This document shows, piece after piece, positions 52,156-64,000 of a DNA stretch of 64,000 bases. Under the pieces are notes generated by a model. It did not search any database. It saw only the letters and a program-made list of their open reading frames with translations, and was not told where the DNA came from. Location: the NCBI RefSeq assembly GCF_004010195.1, contig NC_057752.1, positions 15,141,585 through 15,205,584 on the forward strand, in the 5' to 3' direction. The stretch is from Chiloscyllium plagiosum. Its lineage: Eukaryota. The first letter of the stretch is position 1. The number at the start of each line of letters is the position of its first letter. The position numbers and the translations under genes were made by a program.

Positions 52156-52374
52156 CTGATAATGTAGACAGATGTGCATCACGTGTTCATAAATCTCTCC
52201 GGTAATGTGCCCCTTGGGCTTTGCTGGAACCAGCACATACTGAATGCCAAGCAATGGCACCAGAATCAATGTGGCTCGTACCACCTTCATGTAGGCTTTC
52301 GACTGCGCCTGGTGGGTAACCCTCAGCTTTGTGATAAGAACTCGAACAATGTTGAGTAGAAAAAACAGGTTGAC
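52156..52374 (-). CDS. calcrl2: Calcitonin receptor-like GPCR, TM5-TM7 exon (219 bp; [73 protein letters not shown])
   Basis: Acceptor ccctgtctcccag|, donor CAG|gtaaag. Open frame with strong similarity to CALCRL/CALCR, including the PLLG motif of TM6. Confidence 0.95.
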
Positions 52375-53649
52375 CTGGGAGACAGGGCAAACAGAGAGTT
52401 ATGAGAGATAAACAATGGCATCCAAATCAATCAATCCTCAGTCCAGCCCTCAGTGGTTCACAGACACAGGGCTGCTTGAAGGGCTTTGCCTGAAACGCTG
52501 ACTCTCCTGCTCCTCAGATGCTGCCTGACCTGTTGTGCTTTGCCAGTGCCACCCTCTTGAGTTCCCAGTCACAGCTCAGTCCCGGCCCTTCCAAGCACTC
52601 ACATGCATGGAACGATTTCATGGCGACCAACTGGAACTTTACTGAGGGTAAATCAGCACTGATTGACAATCTGACTGCGAAACGATACTGGCTCCTTATA
52701 CAGCTCCTAGGAGTTGGGAGCCTGACAGTTTTCACGCTCCCCATCCCAAGGAGACTGAAGTCAGTGGGAGAACTGGGAAATTCCTGATGGCTGTAGTTGG
52801 TGAGCTGAGCAAGTGTACTCTCGGCTCAGAGAATCATAGAATCATTCAATACAGAAGAAGTCTTTCGGCCCATTGAGTCTGTACTGCCAAAAAATACACT
52901 ACTACCTACACTGGTTCCATTTTCATGTACTAGGCCCATAGCCTTGAATGTTATGACATTTCAAGGGCTCATCCAAGATTAGGAGGTTTCTCACCTCAAC
53001 TACCATCCCAGGCAGTGCATTCCAGTCCCCCATCACCCTTAGTGAAAAAACATTTTGTTAAATCCCGTCTACAACTCCTGCCTTTCACTTTAAAATTATG
53101 CCCCTTGTTATCGACCCTTCGAGTAAGGGGCATAGCTGCTTTCTATTCACCCTGTCCATGTCCCTCATAACCTTATACACCTCTATCAGGTCCCCCCCTT
53201 AACCTTCACTGCTCCATGGAAAATAACCCGAGCCTATCCAGCCTCTCTTCTCAGATGCAATGCTCCATCCTTGCTGTGTCCTTCCAGCCTACTGCTTGTC
53301 TACCTTGGAATCAGGCACCTCTAGTTTTTGTTTGTCTCCCTCGTCTCCCACAGCAGCTTGAGATACAACCCTTCAAAATCTCCAATACCTCCTTGCTTCA
53401 TATATCAATCTGCTCAAGAACCTCACAGTCCATTTTTTGAATTCATCTCTCCTCAGTGAAGTCAGATGTCAAGTACTTGTTTAACACTCTCCCAGTGTCC
53501 TCTGGCTTCACACACAGATTGCTGCTTTGTTCCCTCCTTTTTCTGTGGTTATTCTCTTCCCCTTGATATACTTGTGCAGATTTTCCCAAATCTTGCCCTC
53601 ATCTTAAATTGGTTCATGCTGAGTTTAAAAAATGGAATAAGGTACATAC

Positions 53650-53716
53650 CAATAAGGCCGTACATATTGGGCCATGAATGACGTACAGGAGATGTGTGCC
53701 TGAACTGATCCAGCAA
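53650..53716 (-). CDS. calcrl2: Calcitonin receptor-like GPCR, ECL2/TM5 exon (67 bp; [22 protein letters not shown])
   Basis: Acceptor ctgttttctctag|, donor |gtatgt. Matches CALCRL [22 protein letters not shown]; phases agree with neighbouring exons. Confidence 0.92.
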
Positions 53717-53897
53717 CTAGAGAAAACAGAAGAGCAGATTCAGTTGCTGAAATGAACCCATCAATTCCCAACATTTTGTTGATACACCATGCAGGGCTGT
53801 TGCATTATTGAACTGACCCCAGGAAACGTCACCCTCTACCTGAGAAGAGTAGGCTGGAAGGACACAGCAAGGATGGAGCATTGCATCTGAGAAGAGA

Positions 53898-54211
53898 GGG
53901 GCGGCACGGTGGCACAGTGGTTAGCACTGCTGCCTCACAGCGCCAGAGACCCAGGTTCAATTCCCGCCTCAGGCAACTGACTGTGTGGAGTTTGCACGTT
54001 CTCCCCATGTCTGTGTGGGTTTCCTCCGGGTGCTCCGGTTTCCTCCCACAGTCCAAAGATGTGCAGGGTCAGGTGAATTGGCCATGCTAAATTGCCCGTA
54101 GTGTTAGGTGAAGGGGTAAATGTAGGGGTATGGGTGGGTTGCGCTTCGGCGGGGCGGTGTGGACTTGTTGGGCTGAAGGGCCTGTTTCAACACTGTAAGT
54201 AATCTAATCTA
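53898..54211 (+). mobile_element. Young full-length HE1-type V-SINE
   Basis: Complete tRNA head, V domain and taatctaatcta tail. Confidence 0.92.
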
Positions 54212-55420
54212 AAACCTTGTAGAAACTATTGTCCCCAGTTTACTTGATGATTTGTGATTGGTTTCACAGTGGATTGTGTCCCTGTCTCTGAGCTAGAGCT
54301 CCCCAGTTACCCTGGAGAAAGTGGTTGTGAACTGCTTTCTTGAACTGTTGCAGTCCACGCTTGAACGTTCGTGTTGGTGTTGAAACAGCTCACAGATTGT
54401 GTTAACCATCAGGCAGTGAACCGCTTCTGAAGAAGTCATGCTGGACTCAAAACATTAACTCTATCTCTTTCTCCACAGATGCTGCCAGACCTGCTGAGTT
54501 TGTCCAGCAAATTCTGTGTTTGTTTTGCAGCATCTCCAGTATTTTGTTTTGACCAAATTAGTGAGCAGTGACAGGAGCGACTGACCGCAGCATCGTTTTC
54601 TGTGCCCCCAGCCTGACCTCACACCATGTGATTTTTACTGGAAAAGCTGGAAGCTCAAAGTGAGCTAGACAAAAGCCCAGGACTTGATACTAAAGGGGAA
54701 GTTGGGAAATGATGGGGGAATGGCAATGTTACTGGATGTGTAAATCAGAGATCCAGGCTAAACCCTTGGGGAAATGAGTTCAAATCCCACCACAGCACCT
54801 GATGGAAATTAAAATCAATTAATAAACCATCATGATTTTTCTTTTTAAAAACCTCCTGGTTCTCTAATGCTCTGCTGTCCTTACCTGATCTGGCCTTGAA
54901 ATAACTCCAAACCCACTGCAATGGCATTGACTCTTAACTGCCATCTGAAATGGCTGAAGGGAGAGGCTACAATCTCCTTTTCCAAAGAGGTGGTCACCAT
55001 TTTTTAGATCTCCAAATCCCATTTGGCCATGAAGACATCCTTGAGCTTAGGACTGGTCTATCCATTGGGACTGCTGGAATTATAAGGAAGGGGAAGGGGG
55101 GATCATTCCCAACAGAGTTGGTAAATGGATTGAAATGGGAGTGTTGGAAAACCTGGGCGATGGATAGCAGGGCAGCCAATGGAGGGGCCTACTCCAGCCA
55201 TTCTCCCATTTCAGGCAGGTAGACACCAGAATGATTGAACTGACCCCTGATCCTGGCTCAGCAATGGAAGCTAGTTGAGAGGAGAGTCCCCAAGCTCACC
55301 GCCAAAGAGTTGTGACCAATTGATTCAAATGCTGCTCGACATCCCCCACAGCTCCATTTTACATTCCTTGAAGATACAGGCCCAGAGCTCCCTTCATTTT
55401 GTGGTTCCCTTCTCATCTAG

Positions 55421-55693
55421 TGGGCAGCACGGTGGCACAGTGGTTAGCACTGCTGCCTTGCAGTGCTAGAGACCCGGGTTCAATTCCCGCCTCAGGCAAC
55501 TATCTGTGTGGAGTCTGCACGTTCTCCCCGTGTCTGTGTGGGTTTCCTCCGGTTTCCTCCCACAGTCCAAAAATGTGCAGGTTAGGTGAATTGGCCGTAG
55601 TGTTAGGTGTAGTGTGGGTTGCTCTTCGGGGGGTCAGTGTGGACTTGTTGGGCCGAAGGGCCTGTTTCCACACTGTCAGTAATCTAATCTAAT
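55421..55693 (+). mobile_element. HE1-type V-SINE with internal deletions
   Basis: Head gggcagcacggtggcacag, tail aatctaatctaatct. Confidence 0.88.
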
Positions 55694-55948
55694 CTCATCA
55701 ACCTGCTCTCACTGAATTCCCACGTTCCCCTCCACTCTCCGTCCAGTTTACTTCTTTCCCCCAACCCAATGTTTCACTGCTCTGACCACCCATTTTGGTG
55801 GTGAGATGGGAGGGGGGGCTCGTGATTCGATTCTAACTCGTGTTTTATGGAATTATCTGACATATTGGATTTTCCTTGGGCCTGTGCTGTCTCACAGTAA
55901 CAAAGCTCCTATGCAGAGCCCAAGGCAAGCAGGTGGAAATGTTCTTAC

Positions 55949-56009
55949 TTGTCGTTGAAATATTTGCTTCTGGCAGCTGCGTGTATAATGGCTGGAATCA
56001 GTGGGAACC
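55949..56009 (-). CDS. calcrl2: Calcitonin receptor-like class B GPCR, TM4/ECL2 exon (61 bp; GFPLIPAIIHAAARSKYFNDN)
   Basis: Acceptor tgttttcctttcag|, donor |gtaaga. Matches CALCRL [21 protein letters not shown]. Upstream exons were not found and probably lie beyond 64000. Confidence 0.9.
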
Positions 56010-58816
56010 CTGAAAGGAAAACAGAGATCCAGCATCAATTCCCTCATTCAGCAAGGGTCACATGGCACAATATTCCTCTTTCTATTTCAAGGACCTGGGC
56101 AGTGCTGAAGTTCCAGGTGTGATCAGATTACTGGAAAGAGCACTAATGGACAGGAGCTATAAGGTGTGAAGAGATGCAACAATTGGCTTCCAACTTTGCT
56201 TGACGGCCATGAGAAAGGCTCAGGCGGAAGTTCCTCTTCGTCACCAGCTGCTGCCAGGGAGGGTGGAGGTGCCAGACAAAATGAGCAGCAGGAGTGGAAT
56301 GGAGATCCTGAATATTGTCCACAGCTACAGATCAAGGATGGCTCTTGGCAGCCACGTTTCACAGTGGGACCCTTCCCGCATTGTGTACGTCAGCCTTCCT
56401 CCCCTCCCCTACACCATGTTCACCAGCCCCAATCAAATCAGTCCAGTTTTACCCAATTCCCACTTTCTCCATCCTCTACTGCCAGAAGTCTCACTCCTCC
56501 ATTCCTCCTATCAGACCTCATTCATGTCCCCTCACCCTCCCTCCATATCCTGAGATGGCAGTACGCCCCAATTTTTCACTCCCATTCTGAGGAAGGGCTA
56601 CTGGACCTGAAACGTTAACCCTGCTTTGTCTTCACAGGTGCTGCCTGATCTGCTGAGCTTTTCCAGCTACTTTCTGCTTTTGTTCCACTCCCATTCCTTG
56701 TGCCTCTACTACACCCATCTCGTTCTTTCCCCCGTATCTGCACCACCCCCAGGCTGTTGTCCCTTGTGAGAGGCTGGAGGGCTGAGTGTTCATGAGATAG
56801 TACAGTCCACAGGAGGGCTACAGGGACTGAATAACATTTCTCCAATACAGGAAGAAGACCTGAACACCAGTAAACCCTCAGGTCCTACCGATGGGGAGAC
56901 TATAATCTTTCAGGCATTTGTCTCGAGTGTCAGAACATCACACTCCGATCACATCTTGATTGCACATTATCAGTATCTCAAAAGGTCCATTGCCTACTAT
57001 TGCCTTCTCCTTTGCTCTTCCAAGGTCACCACCTGAAGATTATGAGCCACGCCCCAGGAGAGGACAAAGACTGGATACATCCATCACAAGATCTAGTGTT
57101 GTAGGCCACAGTGCAGATGCCAGCCCACTTGGGTTGGCCCTCTTCACTGGGGAGTTGGGAATGCACTTGGCAGTTCTCACAGTGAGTGGCATGAAAGGGA
57201 TGAGAAGAGTGGCAGGGGCAGCTGCTGCGATGGGAGCTACACGGTGCTGATCAGGGCAGCTCATTGGGGCCAACCATGAAAAGTTTGGGAGAGCGGCAGC
57301 AGCTGGGCTCTCCATCTACAAGGGAAAGAGAGGACGAGGATTTCAACTCAAAGGCCTGATGGTAGTCATGGTAACCACAGCCACAAACGTTCGCACCATA
57401 GAGTTGCACAACACAGAAAAAGAATCTTCGGCCCAACTCGCCCAAGACGACCAGATATCCTAAATTAATCTAGTGTTATGAAGGTGTGGGTGGACTGTAT
57501 CTTTAAGAGAGTTAAAAGCTAGCAAAGACTACCTGACAGCACTAAGTATTCTGAAAAAAAGATACAATGTAACATGTGCTCCAGCTACCAAACTTCAATC
57601 CAGTTTGAATTGAGTATATTGACAATCTTAAAAGCCAATGACACAATCCGATGCTTTGGGGCATAAGACTGGGGAAAATTGAACAGTTGGGGGCAGCTGC
57701 TAAGCTACCAGAATGTAAAGACTGTCTGAAAAATAGCTCTCTTAAAGGCAACTTTTTCACAGAGAAGTGGTTCATGTTTGGAATGATTTGCCAGAAGAAG
57801 TGGTGGAGGCTGGTACAATTATAACATTTAAAAGGCATTGGTACATGAATAGAGTCATGCATCATGAAGCCATCTCCTGTCTTCCGCACTATCACAGACC
57901 CACACAAGCTGTTTACTCACGTGGTCCTCTGTAGATGGCTCAATACCTCTGCCTTACAATCTCCCTTCAAAATAAAACAGGATAAAATAACCTCTTGAAA
58001 GCCATAGCATCATCACAACAGCTCCAGCATGAGACTGATGCATTTAGGTATCTGCTGTTATAGTATCTCTTACATTAAGCACTGCAAAATCTGGCTTTGT
58101 GTTTGGGTCCCATCATTTTTACACTCTTGTCTATCTGAAGGCAGACAGGACCTGCCTATTTCCTTTATCCTGCACCTCAAAGATATTGAAGCAGTCCATG
58201 TCTGCATCCAGCAAGCCTTGAACAACATCCCGGCTTGCGCAGGCACATGGCGAGTAGCATTCAGAATTGCAAAATTGTTATGGTGCAGAGGAGGCCATTC
58301 CCACCCATCCTGTCTGCACTGGCTCCCGGAATGAGTCACTTAGTTCCATGTTCCCTCCTTCTTCCTGTACGTCTGCACATTGTTCCTTTACAGATAACAG
58401 TCCAACTCTCTTCTGAATGCCTCAATTAAAACTGCCTCATCCACACTCACAGACAGTGCATTCCAAATGTTAACCACTTTTCTCCTATTATTTCTGCTTC
58501 TTTTACTAATTACTAAATCTGTGCTCTCTGGTTCTCAATCCTTTCATTAATGGGACCCATTTACTCTGTCCAAATTCTTTGTGATTTTGACATCCTTTCA
58601 AATCCATTAATATATTTCAACCTTCTCTTCTCCAGGGAATGCAGTCTCAACTTCTTCAAACAACCTTGGTTCCTTGGGACCATTTACCTGAGACTTCTCT
58701 GTACCTTGCTTCATGCTTTCAAGTTCCTCTGGAAGTGTGGCTGCCCCATAGAATTGGACACAATACTCCAGCTGAGGTCTTATGCAGGTTCAGCATAACC
58801 TCCCTGCTATTATGCA

Positions 58817-60935
58817 GTCATAGAATCATACAGATGTACAGCATGGAAACCAACCATTTGGTCCAACCCATCCATGCCGACCAGATATCCCAACCCAATC
58901 TAGTCCCATTTGCCAGCACCTGGCCCATATCCCTCTAAACCCTACCGATTCATATACCCATCCGGATGCCTTTTAAATGCCGTAATTGTACCAGCCGCCA
59001 CCACTTCCTCTGGCAGTTCATTCCATACACATACCACCCTCTATGTGAAAAAGTTGCCCCTTAGGTCTCTTTTATATCTTTTCCCCCTCACCCTAAACCT
59101 ATGCCCTCTAGTTCTGGACTCCCCGACCCCAGGGAAAAGACTTTGTCTATTTACCCTATCCATGCCCCTCATGGTTTTATAAATCTCTATAAGGTCACCC
59201 ATTAGCCTCTGACGCTCCAGGGAAAACAGTCCCAGCCTGTTCAGCCTCTCCCTATAGCTCATGATCATATTGAATGGCGGTGCAGGCTCGAAGGGCTGAA
59301 TGGCCTACTCCTGCACCTATTGTCTATTGTCTATTGTCATATCCTCCAACCCTGGCAACATCCTTGTAAATATTTTCTGAATCCTTTCAAGTTAGCAAGG
59401 TTAGATCTCATGGAATACAGGGAGAATTAGCCATTTGGATACAGAACTGGCTCGAAGGTAGAAGACAGAGGGTGGTGGTGGAGGGTTGTTTTTCAGACTG
59501 GAGGCCTGTGACCAGTGGAGTGCCACAAGGATCGGTGCTGGGTCATCTACTTTTTGTCATCTACCAAAATAATTTGGATGCAAGCATAAGAGGTACAGTT
59601 AGTAAGTTTGCAGATGACACCAAAATTGGAGGTGTAGTAGACAGCGAAGAGGGTTACCTCAGACTACAACAGGATCTGGACCAGATGGGCCAATGGGCTG
59701 AGAAGTGGCAGATGGAGTTTAATTCAGATAAATGCGTGGTGCTGCATTTTGGGAAAATAAATCTTAGCAGGACTTATACACTTAATGGTAAGGTCCGAGG
59801 GAGTGTTGCTGAACAAAGTGACCTTGGAGTGCAGGTTCATAGCTCCTTGAAAGTGGAGTCGCAGGTAGATAGGATAGTGAAGAAGGCGTTTGGTATGCTT
59901 TCCTTTATTGGTCAGAGTATTGAGTACAGGAGTTGGGAGGTCATGTTGCGGCTGTACAGGACATTGGTTGGAATATTGCGTGCAATTCTGGTCTCCTTCC
60001 TATCGGAAAGATGTTGTGAAACTTGAAAGAGTTCAGAAACAATTTATAAGGATGTTGCCAGGGTTGGAGGATCTGAGCTACAGGGAGAGACTGAACAGGC
60101 TGGGGCTGTTTTCCCTGGAGCGTCAGGGGCTGAGGGGTGACCTTATAGAGGTTTACAAAATTATGAGGGGCATGGATAGGGTAAATAGACAAAGTCTTTT
60201 CCCTGGGGTCGGGGAGTCCAGAACAAGAGGGGCATAGGTTTAGAGTGAGAGGGGAAAGATATAAAAGAGACCTAAGGGGCAACGTTTTCACGTACATGTA
60301 TGGAATGAGTTGCCAGAGGATGTGGTGGAGGCTGGTACAATTGCAACATTTAAGAGGCATTTGGAGGGTTTGGAGGGATCTGAGCCGGGTGCTGGCAGGT
60401 GGGACGAGATTGGGTTGGGATGTCTGGTTGGCATGGACAGGTTGGACCGAAGGGTCTGTTTCCATGCTGTACATCTCTATGATTCTATGACTCTAATATC
60501 CTTCCAATAGGAAGGAGGCCAGAATTGCACACAATATTCCAACAGTGGCCTAACCAATGTCCTGTACAGCCGCAACATGACCTCCCAATTCCTGTACTCA
60601 ATACTCTGACCAATAAAGGAAAGCATACCAAACACCTTCTTCACTATCCTATCTACCTGCGCCTCCACTTTCAAGGAGCTATGAACCTGCACTCCAAGGT
60701 CTCTTTGTTCAGCAACACTCCCTAGGACCTTACCGTTAAGTGTATAAGTCCTGCTAAGATTTGCTTTCCCAAAATGCAGCACCTCGCATTTATCTGAATT
60801 AAACTCCATCTGTCACTTCTCAGCCCATTGGCCCATCTGGTCCAGAACCTGTTGTACTCTGAGGTAACTTTCTTCGCTGTCCACTACACCTCCAACCTTG
60901 GTGTCATCTGCAAACTTACTAACTGTACCTCGTAT
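58817..60935. mobile_element. Young CR1 on - (58817-59390 and 60495-60935) with a same-family CR1 on + (~59392-60493) in between
   Basis: SGVPQGSVLG and KFADDTKIGG motifs; near-identical peptides on both strands. Confidence 0.88.
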
Positions 60936-61474
60936 GTTCTTTTAAAACCGTGTTCAAAAACATATCTTTATTCATTCATAAGCCCATAAGACATAAGAGC
61001 AGAAGGAGGCCTTTCAGCTCATTGAGTCCACTGAGACAATGGCTGATCTGATCATCCTCAACTCCACTTTCCTGCCTCGCTCGATTCCCTTACTGGTTAA
61101 ATATCTGCCTATCTCAGCCTTGAATATACTTACTGACCCAGCCTCGACAGCCCTCTGTGGGAAAGAATTCCACAGATTCACTCACCTCAAAGGGAAGGAA
61201 TTCTACTTCATCTCTGTTTTCAATGAGCAACCCCCTTATTCTGAGATAATACCTTCTGGTCCAAGACTTTTTCCTCCAGGGGAAACACTCTCTCCACATC
61301 TCACCTGACAAGTCCTCTCAGAACCTTGCATGTTTCAATAAGGTCGCTGTACAGAGGCCGCGGTATCTCGTCACCAACTCACCCTTTAGTTACATGTGGA
61401 GAGCCCTTGACCCTGATCCAGCTCCCTCAGAGCCAGCTCTCAGAGTGAACAGAACCTCTGACACTCCTGTTTCA

Positions 61475-62180
61475 TTTTTTTCTTTCTTTTTAACAAGTGC
61501 ATAAATCTTTATTCAATGGCCACCACCAGGAAGAAAGGAAACACCCAAGTGGCCAGTAACAAGCAGTGCTCTTCTCAAAGGGCAATGCTGCGTGATCAAA
61601 CAGTGAAGGGGAGGGCAGGGATTAAATTAAAATAGAGTTGGAGGGGGAAATAATGCACTCCACTCCCTGCGGTGCCCACCGCTCCCTGAAAATCTGGAGG
61701 GTATTGGTGGACACCGCGTGCTCCTTCTCCAGGGACACCTGGGCTCTGACATAACCACAGAAGACAGGCAGGCAGTCGGCCCTAACGACCCCCTCCACGG
61801 CCCGCTGCCTGGACCTGTTTATGGCCAGTTTGGCCAGACCCAGGAGTAGAGCCATGAGGAGGTCCTCTGACCTGCCCTCCCTCTCTCCGCACCAGGTCTA
61901 AAGATCAGGAACGTGGGACTGAAGTGTAACCAAAAACAGAGAAGAAGGTTTTTAAGGAAATCAAAAAGGGAGTGCAAATGACCACACCCAATATATACAT
62001 GGTCCACGGACTCCACAACATCAAGCAGTTGGGCTGGGTGTCCGTGAACCACCACAATCTGCAGTTGCAGGGGATCGCTACATGCAGCACCCTCTGTCCC
62101 AGATCCCCGAGAGAAAGGGGGAGAACTCCCACATAGAGAGCCCTCCACTGGGGATCCCCACCACCCGGTGGGACACTCTC
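61475..62180 (-). mobile_element. Tx1/L1-clade LINE 3' end (ORF2 C-terminal zinc-knuckle region, A-rich tail) inserted in an LTR-like element
   Basis: ESVDHVYIGC...LLLGLAKLAINRSRQRAVEG...FRERWAPQG; AATAAA plus A-rich tail on the minus strand. Confidence 0.8.
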
Positions 62181-63530
62181 GTTTCTATCTGTCAGCCAGG
62201 GCTCTCTGAGTGGATAAGATTAACAGCCCCAATCAGGGAACTTGCATTGGAGGCAGTCCAGAGAGGTTCACTAGACCAGGTATGAGGGTCTATCTTGGAG
62301 AGGTTGAGTAGATTAGGCCTGTACTTGTTAGAATATTGAGGAATTAGAGGAAACTGTAGTAATTCGAACAGAGGTAAGGCGAGAATAACTGCTCTCGTCG
62401 TCAAGCCACATTTGACTGAATGTATCATGAAGAAGGTAAAACAATGACTGCAGATGCTGGAGACCAGATTCTGGATCAGTGGTTCAGGCAGCATCCGAGG
62501 AGCAGTAAAATCGACGTTTCGGGCAAAAGGAATACCATGTATCATAAAGAAGCCATCGATAAACTAGAGTCAATGGGAATCCAGGGAAATTGGACTCCAT
62601 TGGTTGGAGTCATACCTGGCACACAGGAAGATGGTTGCGGTTGTTGGAGAACCATCTTCAGCCGCTTCATGGGAACACCTCCACCTGCAAGTTTTCCTCC
62701 AAGCCACTCTCCATCCTGACGATGTCACCATTCCTTCAGCGTTGCGGAGTCCAACCCCGGGAAGTTCCTCTCTAAAAGCACTGAGGGTGCAGCAACGCTG
62801 CAGTTCAACAGGGCTACCCACTGCCAGCTCCACAGCAACGATGCGTGGGCAAGAAATGGTGGCCCTGCCAGCAGTGCCCACATCCTATGAATGAACACCT
62901 GTTTTTTACTAAAGGGTGGATCTGCTGACAGGGGTTCCTGCAGCCTGAACATAGTGCTCGCCATTTCACCTCACTCAGCTCAAACCAGCAGCAGAAATTG
63001 TCTTCTGACAGAGTTGTTTACACCTTCTCAATGATCCAAACAGCTTCACGGACAATGAAATGCTCTTGAAGCGCAGGCATTATTGCAAACAAGGCAGCCA
63101 AATTGTGCACAGCATGCTCCCACAACTAGCAGTGAGATCAGTTATCATACCATGTGATTTTTCTGACATTGGTTGAAAGATAAATATTGGCCAGGACACC
63201 AAGGATGATTTGCTTTCTCTTCTTCGAATCCGGGCCATGGAATTTTAAGGATCAAGCAAGCCTCAGTTTAATATCTCAAATGAAAGACAGCACTCTGGAA
63301 TACTAAATGGCCTGGACAGAGTGGATGTTGGGAAGCTGTAGGAGAGACTAGGACTCAAGGGCACAGCCTTAGAGTAAAGGGGAGACATTTTAGAATGGAG
63401 ATAAGGTGAAACATCTTCAGCGAGAGAGTGGTGAATCTCTGGAATTCACTACCACAGAAGGCTGTGGAGGCCAGGCCAGTATATTTAAGACAGAGGTCGA
63501 TAGGTTCTTGATTGTCAAGGAAATTAAGGG

Positions 63531-63870
63531 TTTAGATTAGATTAGATTCCCTAAGTGTGGAAACAGGCCCTTTGGCCCAACAAGTCCACACTGACCCTCT
63601 GAAGAGCAACCCACCCAGACCCATTCCGTTACCCTTTTACTCGACATTCACCCATGATTCATGCACCGAGCCTACACATCGCTGTACACTATGGACAATT
63701 TTGCCTGGCCAATTCACCTTACTTGCACATCTTTCAATTGTGGGAGGAAACCCACGCAGACATGAGGAGAATGTGCAAACTCCACATAGACAGTCGCCCG
63801 AGGTAGGAATCGAACCAGAGTCCCAGGCACTGTGAGGCAGCTGTGCTAACCACTGAGTCACCGTGCTGTC
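63531..63870 (-). mobile_element. HE1-type V-SINE nested in a CR1 3' end (~63300-63990, +)
   Basis: (ttaga)n tail; CR1 sequence resumes after the SINE head. Confidence 0.85.
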
Positions 63871-64000
63871 CGGTTATGGGGACAAAGTGGGAGAATAAGG
63901 TTGAGAAACTTATCAGCCATGATTGAATGGTGGAGCAGACTTGATGGGCTGAATGGCCTAATTTCTGCTCCTATGTCTTATGGTCTTATACCTCTGACGG

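Noticed and set aside
53898..53975. tRNA gene
   Set aside because: tRNA-derived SINE head continuing into the HE1 body; the same applies to the other copies.
56010..64000. Upstream (TM3) exon of the GPCR
   Set aside because: No YFWMLCEG-like frame found; it presumably lies outside the window.

Overview
Eukaryotic (not prokaryotic) DNA, very probably from a shark: it carries HE1-type V-SINEs, shark-type CR1 LINEs and Penelope elements, and has two assembly gaps. Most of the window is nested retroelement debris. Two convergent host genes can be read from the sequence. On +, the last two coding exons and a ~2.7 kb TE-free 3'UTR of SPRYD3. On -, the last five coding exons of a calcitonin/CGRP-receptor-family class B GPCR, probably the CALCRL paralogue lost in mammals (calcrl2), which has unusual TM7 substitutions. 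Two things are invisible in the ORF track. First, an intronless, stop-riddled SBNO1 retrocopy fragment in the SPRYD3 last intron, fused directly to a 5'-truncated CR1 LINE (candidate template-switch chimera). Second, many Penelope-derived ends carrying minimal hammerhead ribozyme cores, including young ~215 bp perfect-hairpin insertions with 13-16 bp target-site duplications. Gene identities come from my recollection of vertebrate protein sequences, not from a database search. TE boundaries are approximate.
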